From positions 1-64,000 of the forward strand of contig CBFFRP010000399.1 of assembly GCA_965644295.1 (NCBI GenBank): 64,000 nt of DNA, given 5' to 3'. The stretch is from Paraphysomonas bandaiensis. Lineage: Eukaryota > Protista > Chrysophyceae. Positions 45,272-57,400 of the stretch are shown here, piece by piece. Each line of letters starts with the position of its first letter. Position 1 is the first letter of the stretch. The notes below the pieces were generated by a model that had not been told where the DNA came from, searched no databases, and saw nothing but the letters and a program-made list of their open reading frames with translations. The position numbers and the translations under genes are program-made.

Positions 45272-48200
45272 TCACGAGTCAGTTACCCAATCAAATGTTT
45301 TGACTCTTCCCGTAGCATCTCCGATTGCAATACGCGGTACAACTGCACCAGACTCCTTATCGGTGCATAACACAAGGTCCATGGAGTTGATAAATTGTCG
45401 CCCAGGATTGTAATAAATGCAGCGCAATTCTCCACTTTCAAAGTCCCACACTTTCAATGTACCGTCTTCACTGCATGATATGATAGCATTGAACGCCGAT
45501 GGCAATATTCTTAGTCCAGTGATATTGGTGTCATGGGCTGCAAATACACGCACTTTATTCCATGAATTCGTTTCGTCATACTTATACACTGCAATACCCT
45601 GGTCAATGCCCTCACTTGGTGACGGACTTGAAATTATTAATGTATCAAAATTTTCAGAGGACAAATGAAAGCAAGTCGCGTACGGATGCGTAAATGAGGT
45701 TCGCTTACATTCGCCATCTTCAGTGGACAGAAATACTATATTGTCATCTATGTCGTAGCAAGCCAATTCTTCACCACTGGCCGACATTTGCATCATTCTA
45801 CCACCAGCACGTCCATTAGATGATGAAGTCATATTTTCCTTTTTCCACACTTGGGTTCCATCTCGAGTAGAGATATATTCGAGAGTTTTCTCGCCTAAAA
45901 CGACAGTGTATTCTCCACTTGGATGAATAACCACATCTTTCACTCTACCTCCTGAGGTATCAAGAAACCTAAGCTCAACACCATTATCTCGTTCAGAGTT
46001 GTTGTCAACGGTTTTGTCACACGACTCATTAGTAAGATCATAAGTTAAATCCACAACACAAATGCAATTGCTATTTGTGGCGGTCACGATGCGAGACCCA
46101 CTCCCTCCAATAGATATTGGTACACATGATGTGCTCATATTTTTCGTGTTTTTGAATGCCTTTAGAACTTTTGTTGGGAATTCAGTAGAATAAATATAGC
46201 AGAGTTCTGCACAGGAGTGACTGACACAAACGCCTGAACCATCAGGGAGAAGTGCAATAGCACCGATTTCTCCCGAAGGAAACTTCGACAGTCCTGTTCC
46301 TGCTGGGTTCCACAGAAATACATTGTTGCCCTGCCCGACTGAGGCTAAGTATTCACCTGTCGGCGACATAGTCATGCCTCCCTCATAACAGTTTCCGGGA
46401 CCTTCAAACGTGGCCAACATACGCTCTTTACTTATATCATAAGCATAAACCTGATTGGAAGAGTTCAAAACGTATAGAATATTCTCATTGTTAGGATGAA
46501 ATGAAATGCCGACAGTATTCATGCTTTGTCCGGATATATCTAATTCTGGCATTGAAAGAAACTTGGGGTTTATGAAAGCTTCACAGTACACAGCAGCACC
46601 ATCCCCTTCCCATCCAAATGTTCCATCATTTCCTCTGTTAACCGCCACCATAGTACCATCACTTGATATACTTACATGCGTAATACCATTTGGACAAGAA
46701 AAAGACCGTAACTCAGAAAGAGTTGATGCATCCCAAACCCTATGGTTTAGAATAAAATCTGAATTATATATCTACACTGCCGGCATATATAGTTTTCACG
46801 AGAAAATATGGTGTACTGAATCTCACATACTTATCACACATAAAATATAACGCGGTGTTTACAAATGAAAGCTTACCGGCAACTGCCACTCGAGGTAACC
46901 GAAACAAAATGTGATCGATCATTGGTGACAGCTAAATATGTTGCACCTTCACCGTCTATTGAAACCGATTTCACTTTATCAGCTTCTGTTTCCCAAATAC
47001 CAAGAGAATTGCTATCAGATTTATGACCCGTTACGAACAGTGTATCTGATAATGCCACTACGCCAGTCACAGTAGTAGGTAATTTACACGACTTATTTTT
47101 TACAACTTTCTGAAGAACCCCAATTTTTCCAGATATGAACCACAACTCATTTTTAGAGATTGGCAAGACAACGTTCTGTCCATTGGGTGTCCATGTCACA
47201 CACGACAATGAGGGTGTTTTCCATGGAGTCGAAAAATTAAACATTTCAGCATTGCTAGCCAAGTCAAACACACCGAGATGACAAATGCCTCCTGTATCAG
47301 AGCTCGTGATAGACGCTAAATATTTTCCGTCCGGTGAGAAAGTGACAGCCAAGCAAGTCGTGTAAGACCCAGTTGGACCAGTCAAAAAATTCGTAATTAA
47401 AGCAGATTCGGGAGGATGACCTACAAGTCGTAACCACCCATGTTTAGGTGGGGATAAGTACTCCACCGCCATCTTATGTATAATAGAATCACTTGGCTGA
47501 TTGACAGCGTATTGATAAAACAAATCTGGCTTCTGCCGTATGCTGTATATCTCTCTATTCAAAAACATGAGTGCATCGGGAATAATAGAAAGAGGAGTGT
47601 CGTTTCTCAGCATTTCATCTTTAGCTAACCGCATGTCCATAAGTGTTTCTTGTATTACTCCCAGCTGTGTACTCGCTTCCAACAATCTGACATCACATAG
47701 TGTGTTCTCAACCTTTTCCCACTGTTGAGCATAAATTTGAGCACATGGGAGCTCACTGATACGTCGCTGATTAAACTTCTTACTCGTATCACTTTTACTT
47801 ACAGCAAGAGATGTTAACACTAACTCCTGTGGGGCAACTTTACGCTGAGCACATCCCTGAACGCCATTCTTATCCAAAAATGGCTTGGGTCTATCGCTCC
47901 ACTTGCTGCTAAAGTACTCCGACATAACACTCGCTAGTTTTAGCTTCTGGGTTCTATCTGATAAGAATATTTCCCTGGCAGCTACTTTAAACTCCCTATG
48001 GTACCAGCTTAGTACAGGAATGCCCCCATCCGCACCTTGTGTAACGATATACATTTCTACATCAGATAATAGTCGAGTAACCAGCAAACCGGGTATACGT
48101 CGTACAGGGGGAACCCACCATTGATAAACATCATTCAGCACGTCGTCATCTAAAGATAATATGTCCTCAAGCTCTGCACGTGATAGACCTCTTTTGGCAA

Positions 48201-51200
48201 GAGTGAGATAACCCAAGCAATGGTGAACTAACATTCGACCATGTATCACACATAATCTACTGAACAAATCAGCCAAAAGGGAAGGAATTGAAGGTGGGAA
48301 AAGGTCATTAACGACAGTATGGGAGCTCCATGTACGCGATAACTGAAAAGCAATGTTCAAATAAAGAGGAAGAGGACACTGCTGAAAGGATTGCAACACG
48401 ATTTCTGTTTGATCCGGTGTGAGAGCTCGATTCGACTTCTGCAGCCATGCAGACAGTATTGCATCGCCATCGTCTCTTGACATTGCAAGAAGTTCAACTT
48501 GGTTCATTGATGGAATCAATGATTGAAGTTTGATTAATGCATTTCCACTCTCATCACTTGCATGTATCGCTGACACTACAAAGCGGCAGTGCATAGGCAG
48601 CTTCAACGGAAGCCAGCTCAAGTTATGAGCGTTATCTTCACTGGACAATTGATCCAACGAATCAAAAAATATCACCAGTGGCTTCTCTTCTGTCGCATTC
48701 TCCAGAAGAGTGGGAAAAAAAGAAACCAGACTTCTATAATCTTTAGGAACCAAATCGAGAGGTACATTGTAATTGCGGCATATCTGTCGACACACTGACT
48801 GTAGTAAATCACTTATCGTCGTTGATTGGGGAGTTGTACCAATAAATCTCACGATACACACACTATCAGAAGAGAAATAAATATCTAACTCACGGGGGGT
48901 AGCAATAGCTGCTGCAGCGGATTTACCGGATCCTCTTGGCAAGTGCAGTCCCATTTCAACAACACATTTGGCCATTGTACAGGATTTACCCGAACCACCT
49001 CGACCATATAAAACCAATGGAGCATGACAATCGGGAGGGGTAGCCCCTTCATTTTGTGCAGAAGAAAGGGGATTCAGGTACATCTGCACAGTGTGCATTA
49101 TTTCCTTGCGTCCAACAAAAGACCTGCTTCGACTTATACAAAAAGCAGCATGTCGCATTGCTTCTTCATACACATCGTCTGGTTCGACAAGTGTAGCTTG
49201 TGCTGCGGAAGATATCGAGTCACAAAGTGTTCCGCAGAAATGGTCGCAAAATTCTTTAAGGTACTCTCTATGTGTATCGATACCAATTTCTGGTCCCCAC
49301 TCTATCTCAAAATCCTTTATACAGTGACTTGGCTCCATTGCCTGAACTACTTTCTCGTCTCGTAGAATTTTCAAAAGCTGCTGTGCATCAGTATCCACAC
49401 TCTGGTCTTCGTATGACTTATCAATAAACATACCCCCTTTGGGGTGTGCCACATGACTTTCCATATCACGAATTAAGCGACGATAGTAATATGCACATGT
49501 TTGCTCTGGGTCGGGTGGAGACTTGGCATCGTCTACTTCTTTCCGACACAACAAGCCATTTAAAGCCTCACATTCTGTGACAGACACAGTGTACATCTGC
49601 TGTCTACTTTCATCCTCCAAACAATACCGCGCTCTTTGAAACGCACTCTGAATACGTTCAAATATCCCCCACCACGCGCCTTTTTCAGCTTCAGCGCTGG
49701 ATCGAAGCCGATAAGCAGATGGCACTGTATTAGTATCCAAAATGAACCACTCACGAATAACGCCTCCTGTCTCGATATCGTCCTTCTCGACAGTATTTAC
49801 CAATGCGTTGAACTCATCCGCAGGAATAGTAGCCGGGAAAGGGCGAAATCCATACTTGTTTCCTAGAATGAGGACATAATCCAACCCAGCAGATTCTACT
49901 TGGCAGCGCTGCAGCTCTGCCATGCATATATCCGCCGTTTGGTGGGAGTTACTAGATTCCTCTCTTATACCCCATCGCATTTCTGAAGCAGAGAATTCAA
50001 ATCCAAGTTGCAAAGCATACCGTTTCAAGTATGGGTACACGTCAGCGATGAGAAGGTTACGCTCCACATAGGTGTCTAAAATTAGAAGAATGAGTAGGAA
50101 TTTTTTCTACATAGTTCAACATGTACCACAAACATTCAAATTTAGTCATACTAGACACGTATACTCTGTACTTAGATGCAGTACACTACCCATTGGTGCA
50201 AAACACTATAATTTAACTGAGAATCTAATACAAATATACCATTCAAAGGAATTAAACAAACCAAATATGTGGTGATGATTCAGTCTTATCGCCACAGTAT
50301 ATGGGCGAGAAAATCGAACACTTACCAGTAAAAGTAGAGCTTACAAAAATACTTATCGATTTCTGCTTCGACTGTACCAGCTTTTCATCTACATGGCCTT
50401 GTAATACGCGGACCACCTTCTCATGATTTAATGAAATCGGCTTAGTATGAACGGAATTTAAGGCTTCTATCCTAAAACACATATCACACATTTGCAGTCC
50501 AATAATATCATACAAGGCAATAATTTCATATTCATGTCACTTACTTCTCTTTCCATTCATGCCGCTCCCAACGAGGAGTGTCCCAGAGACCCATTTCGAT
50601 TGTTTTGGTTTCCTCTACTACTTCTCCACCAACTTCAGTGGACATGTTGGGATCAACGGTTGTAACATCGGTATCGACTTGAAGTCCTGGTGACGCACCC
50701 TCTTTCCAAAGTAAAACCACAAACACATTACACCACATGAGGTCAAAATATGCGGGATTCTATTACCTGGTGCATAACCTTGTAAAAAATACAACTCGTA
50801 TTTTCCATGCAAACCAATTTTATGTGGGGTAGGATTCTTAATTAGATCCCATGCCACCACGCAGCAACCCTCTGGCCCACAGTACTTTCCTACGTTCTCG
50901 GCAGTACTTGAATGCATCGGTCGGTATCCGAGAACTGTCCCAGGATAGCCTTGAATGCCATCATTGGAGGCAGAAGGAGGCCAGTGCAAACCACGAACAA
51001 CCCGAGCGCCAAGAGTTACATTATCGCTGGTAACAACTACGCCAGCAACTGTATAACAGCTATGTCAAATTCCATGCAGTATGTATAGCATGCAGAGCGT
51101 AATGGTAAATTAACACCATACATTTAATGTCAATACAACAGTGCATATCGTCCCTACTAAATTACGGGACAACTTTATCTACTTCATGTTTTCTACCTCC

Positions 51201-52524
51201 AGATTCAACAGATGAGCCGTATACTTTGAAGTGGTAAATTGAATACCCATAGCAGGTGCCTCTTTGTGAACCATACATTCGCACAAACATTGCCTTTGTG
51301 TCATCTGGAAAAGGAGTTTTAACCCAGCCCTCAGCGTTGTTCTTTACGGTCGCAACTGTAGTATACGAAATGCGATCCTCTGATATCTGTTGCATAACAT
51401 AACGACCGTGTCATGGAGAAAACATGTCATGGACTTGGATATACATCTGCTCTAGACATATACTACAAACAGCTGCCACTTTAGAGAGTACAAATTCCGC
51501 ACTACAATAAATCATACGCAAATATATATATTTCATACCACTCACACAAACATACAATATCACAAAGCGCTGTTCTATTCTACTCAAACCGCCCAACTCA
51601 CTTGTATTTCATAGTTGGTTGCGAACGCAGCTTCCCATTTAATACAGACATGAGAAACTGGGCAACAGGCTCCCAAATCAACTTCAAGCCTAATTAATAC
51701 GCAATTGATAAATTAGACAATGGAAAGGTTAAACAATATCTACACAGAATTTGCTGTACATATTATGTATTTGAATGCACATAACATAGTCTCACCATTG
51801 AGGATCACTGCTGTCCGATGCCCACCGTGTTTCATCGTCCCCATCCACAGACATAGCTGCCGTATGGCTGTCATCTTCTATCGAGCTGCATTTGACAGGC
51901 TTGTCCAATGCCAAATTTTCCTTTCCTAATATATCATATATAATGTATATACACGTACTATGAACACCACTGACCCTCCGAATCATCACCTCCAGCGTAG
52001 AACGAAAAGGTGTCGTTTAGTGCGCACATAAGACATAAATCATACCCACATTCACTACGTAAGAGCACAACATATATTAATAGCTGATTAGTGAATACAA
52101 TGGGAAAATATCGCAATAATTCTACTGTCATTACCTGCAATGAAAGCTACTAATAATGTTGCTTCCACACTGGTCGCAAGACATCCATGTGTAACCTTCA
52201 CATACCAATTGCTGAATATTCATAAATCGCAATTCATGATCGGCGTGTAATGGAGAGGTGACAACTTTTGGGGGGTCATTTTCCAATCCCATACAATCTC
52301 CACATAAATCAAACTGACATGAGCTGAATAGTACCCAGTCACTCATCTCGTTACATATAATATAAATAATTCTCATACCTACAATTCCAAGAACCTGGAA
52401 TTATATCTCCACAATTGTTACAGCCAGCCCCGCCTCCATAAGCAGGATGGAGTGCGCATAGATCACGAATAGATGAGCGAGTTAAAGGATGTTCATGAAG
52501 ATCTGTTTCGATTATTGTAGACAT
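45272..52524 (-). CDS. Large NWD-like STAND NTPase: 2 ZZ/DC1-like Zn fingers, F5/8C (discoidin/CBM32), MIB/HERC2, DUF4062-like domain, NACHT, WD40 repeats; about 11 exons
   Basis: HEHPL...CNNCG...CSSCQFDLC and HADHEL...CDQCG...HCSECGYDLC. ENLALDKPV.CSS...VDGDDETRWAS..DPQW. GARVVRGLHW...DG..G.PGTV...VAWD...GKYEL. IFVSSTFTD..VERNLL...EMRWGIR. Walker A GRGGSGKS, Walker B IFFDSLDQL. WD repeats (AHDTNITGL...SCSEDGTLKVWD). Confidence 0.85.
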
Positions 52525-54496
52525 TGAATTGATACCGCAGATATCACTGGACTTAATGATATCAGGTATCTGAGACTCCAATTAACGTGATTAATATGAT
52601 GATTGATATCTATGTCCGAGCGATCCAGCCATGACACCATACAGCAGACAGAAGTGTGTATGTGTGGAGTAGTATATAATTTCCCATATATAAAACTGTT
52701 GCCGTATGCACCAATCAGAGGTGTGTTATATAATTATAATCAACACTATAGGCTGGAAATATCCCACAGAAAGCTGGATTTTCATACTAAAATAGTAGTT
52801 TTCTAGACATGATGGATCCAGATATCTGTTACATGTACTGTGTACAGTACGAGCAGCAGATATCCACTCGCAGGCTACACGTATATCCATATGCATATAT
52901 ATCTATATAGTTGCACTTAAACTTAAACACACGGATGGATCAAACCAGATCAGATTTAATCATCAAGCGACAACTTGAACAAGTACTGTATACAGGCCGC
53001 TGTAGTAGACAATCAAACACCAATAAAAATAGTTCAATTGGTGATAAACACTCAACTGTATCGACCTCACAGAGCGACAGTGATGCAATGTCAGAGTATA
53101 CTGCCTATAGAGAAAGCATGGGGCTATCTTCTAATATAATAACACCTCCTAAGAAGAATTGTTAATCTTTTTCCGTTGCTTGAAACATTATGCTGCCACT
53201 CGTTATAAGATGAGAGAAGTCAGTCTTGTCATAGAGTGTTATAGCAATAGATGTGCTGTGTGTATATAATAAATGCGTATTATTTAGCGGTCTAAATGTC
53301 ATTTTACTATAACTGCGCGAATACTGCGCTGGGGATATATCACATCGCTGTAAGTTAATATGTCAAACTATTTAGTCATACAATTACGATGGAACGTAAA
53401 CCAATATGAATTAGAAGTTAGGCCACTATATTCGTGGCGGTGTGACTGTCGTTTATTAATACTTCAATAATAAAAGGAAAGTAGATATCAATAAAAATTC
53501 TATTCAGTCCCGTTTAAGCAATCCATGAAATCTACGGCTGTCGCGAAGGTTGTCAATGTATCTACTATCTATGGGTCGGTTTTCTCCTTACATAAGCATT
53601 TACCAAGCATTGAGTGACAGTATTTTATGACAATGATTACAATTCATGAATAAGTCTGGCCTATATTCTTAAGCTGTGTTACTACTGATCGTAGGTACAA
53701 ACCCATTACCGAGTTTGTTTTGAACTCAAAATGAACTGTCTAACGGGGTATGTAAAATGGCAGTATAGAGAATGCCCTGTAGGAAAAGGCCCATTGAAGC
53801 AAAATAATGGAACACAGTGGGCTCATTCGCAAACCACGCGAAGTCTCATGCGGGTTGAATAGACAAGGCTTCGCCTTATGTTTCACTGGTGATAATATAT
53901 AGTCAACCCGTAATTTTCTGGATGATTTACCTTTTCTTTTTTGTCAAGAGAAAAACAGAAAATATTCCAATTAGGAAAATATATCTAGAACAATATTAAG
54001 TAAGTAGAAGAATAGAGGCCGCTAATGTCATTAAGAAAATGTTACCGAGCACATGGAGTTGTCGGATGGAGTTGTGCTGAAAAACAACTTTCTTCGTTCG
54101 TTGTGTGGCAATGCTGTAGAGATCAAGATAAAGATGAGGATTCCGACATAAGTTTGACAGCAGAATCAATGGGAGATTGTCCCAAGCGAAATAAATCATG
54201 CCAGTACAGGGATGTTTTTGTCTCATTTAGAAAGGTTTAAAATCTTCCGTAAACTTATATAATTAGATGTAGAAGAACAGCTTGATCTGGATGATGTCAG
54301 AGTATAATTTAACGCTTTAATTCTATCTAGGTGTAGATGCGGACAATGTTCAATATTTAAATTTCAAGAAAGCTGTTATCAAGATTCAGTGCGTCAGGGA
54401 AAAAGAGCAGAACCGCGCTCAAAGCGCTTTTTGATAAATCCTGTACCTGTAAGGTGAATTCGATGAAGAAAACGAGGATGATGAGGACGACGAGGC

Positions 54497-57400
54497 TGTT
54501 GAGATCTGAAGATTCTATATACTTGCAATTGAGTGCAGTATTATGTGAGATGCAAGGATCGAAAGATATATATGTAATTAGTACATTATATTATGTAGTA
54601 TGAAACTGAAGTAGAAGTGGATGACTATACAGGATACGATAACTGAGTGTGTGGTTTGTACACTATAGTAGTAAATGAATGGTGTTGAACACATCGAACA
54701 CAACTTAGGTTCTTTATCATGTAATGTTTATAATTTCATCTTATCAGTTGAGAATAGTAAACCTTAGCAAATAATGTCAACTTCTGTTGTGGTAGCGGAT
54801 GGTAGTTGTAGGGATGGGGAAGATGACAAGAAGCTACGGTTTGACAAGAACCAAGCAGACTATTCAGCGAGAAAAATCAAGATGCATCTAATGAAGAAAA
54901 ACCGAAACCATCTTGGCTTGGAGGACCCGCCAGCCGGAGGAAGGAATTTAGAGTCATGGAGAGAGCGTAATGATACCTGTGTTAGTACTATTTGGGAGGC
55001 TTGCGAGCATGACCCTGATGTGTTGGAGGTAGCCAATCAATATTTGGAGGGGAAGGCAATTTTACCTGCTGATGATCCTGCTAAGGAGGTGTTATCCAGT
55101 GAGCTCCTTCAGACACTGGTTGATAGGTTCAGAGGCGAGATTGGGACTGTATTGGAGAAGACTACGGCAGAATACCATTCGTTCAAAATAAGGCCGGGGG
55201 AAAAGGTGTCTGTTGGGGTAGATCGACTGAACGGTATAATCCAGAAGCTCATAAAATTGGGACAACCGCAGACAGAGGCAAGTAAATTAGCAAAGATAAA
55301 AGCAGCGCTGCAGATAGAGGAATTACATGATTTATGGATGTCGGTAGCGATGATGCCTAAAGCAACAACTACATTTGATTCGGTGAAAGAGGCTTGTGAA
55401 GAGTATGACGAGGCTATGACGCAGCTGAAGAAACTAAAGGGAGACAAATCTGAAGAGATCAATTTTACGGCGTCGAAGGAGCCAGTGGTTTGTTCATTTT
55501 GTCGGAAGAAGGGACATGTAGCAGCGAATTGTTATGCTAAGGAACGACAAAGAAAAATGGATAAGTTCAAAAGAAAAGGGAAGCCAAAGGAAAAGGCTTC
55601 GAAGAGTGTGCAGCAGCCAGGATCAAAGGATTATACTGGTTGTCATATCTGTGGAGATTTTAGTCATAAAGCCCGACAGTGCAAGTCGAAAAAACGGAAG
55701 AACATAAAAAACCCGGATAATGAGAATCCTCGAAAATCGAACAGGAAATTCGAGACAGAATGGAAGAAATACGTCAACGACGGAGAGTCGTCGGATGATG
55801 AAGCGAATATGTTTGGAGAAGAGGTTTTGCTATCGGTGGATACGTCGGAAGAACCTCGTGTATATCTGGACAGTTGTGCAAGTAAAAGACTGTTTATAGT
55901 AAAGGATAAAATTGCACTGGAGTCATTTACTCCTGAGTTTGGGGCAATCCAACTAACTAGAAAGGGTTCTCAATTGGAGACACAGGGGGCTGGTACATTC
56001 GGGGAATGGAGAGACATCAGAGTTAGTGAAGAAGCGGTGAAGAACATTGTGTCAGGAGGGATGCTGAGATCAATGGGATACGGATTACAACTGCTTCGAA
56101 AGCCTAAAATCGTGGAATTGGACTCTGGAAACGAGGTGTTGACTGGAGAGTACGATGAGCATGGAGGGATGCCGTATGTGGACTTGATGGAGGTGTTAAA
56201 TCTGCCAAATGTGTCTATGTGCAATCAGATGGAGGAGGTAAATTTGTCGGATAATACAGGACAAGATGCGTTGGATCGCTTACATGAGCGTACTGGACAT
56301 GTCTCGAAATCGAAGTTATTAGAAGCTCACCGACACATGTTATTCAGAGGATCAGGACTACAACGACATCACCTTTCGAAGGCAAAGGAGAAGAGTTGCA
56401 AGAAACCCCTGTGTAAATGGTGTGCCAAGGCGAAGATAACCAGGCATTCGTTCAAATCACGGGACAACGAAGAGCTAAGCGCAGTCAGGTTTCTGGAACG
56501 AGTGACAGCGGACATCTCAGTCTACCTGAATTGTGAATCCAGACAAGGGTATAAGTACGTGCTCCTATTCACGGACTTAGCAACAAAGATGATATGGGAA
56601 TATGGATTGAGGACTCGAAGCGGAGAGGAGGTGTTCAAATGTCTACGACACTTGTGCGAGGTCCACTTAGTGAAGTACGAGGGGTGGAACCGTATAGTGG
56701 AGTATCATGCCGATGGAGGATCCGAACTTATTAGTCAGCAGATAAGAGAGTATCTGTTGCAGCGATATGGGACTCGGGTGTCACATACAACACGAGACAC
56801 GCCAGAGCTCAACGCGGTGTCTGAGAGGAAATTCCGAACAATTGGGGAGATGACACTGACGATGTTGACGGCATCTGGACTTCCAAAGTCGTTCTGGTTT
56901 GATGCTTATCAAACTGCATGTTACATTGTGCGACGAATGCCAACTCGGACGTGGCAAGGATGGATGTCTCCATATGAGTGTGTCCCAGGGGGAGCGTTCC
57001 CAGCCTATCGTGGCTACGGAAATGGGGGTGCAAAGCATATGTGCTAACACCCAAGGCCGACAGGAGGAAGGACTGGGAGGACAAAGCAATGACAGGTTAT
57101 TTCATAGGGTATCCAGCTGATCGAAAAGGATACAAGGTGCTAGTGGGGGACACCGTAGTACACTCTGTACATGTATTATTTGATGAATCGGTACCTGAGA
57201 GGTCTCAGGATTATTATAGAGAGCTGGAGGAGGCTCAAGTGGCTATAGATCCCGAGGCTCGTCAACCGGGTGAGTTTGAGTATCTTATCGGAAAGCACCA
57301 TGAGGATGGTGGTCTGCTATACAAGACTAACAGAGTGGTGATAAGGAAGGGACTTATTGTAGGATACCGGTCGTTGGTTACTGGTAACCAGGTTCAAGTG

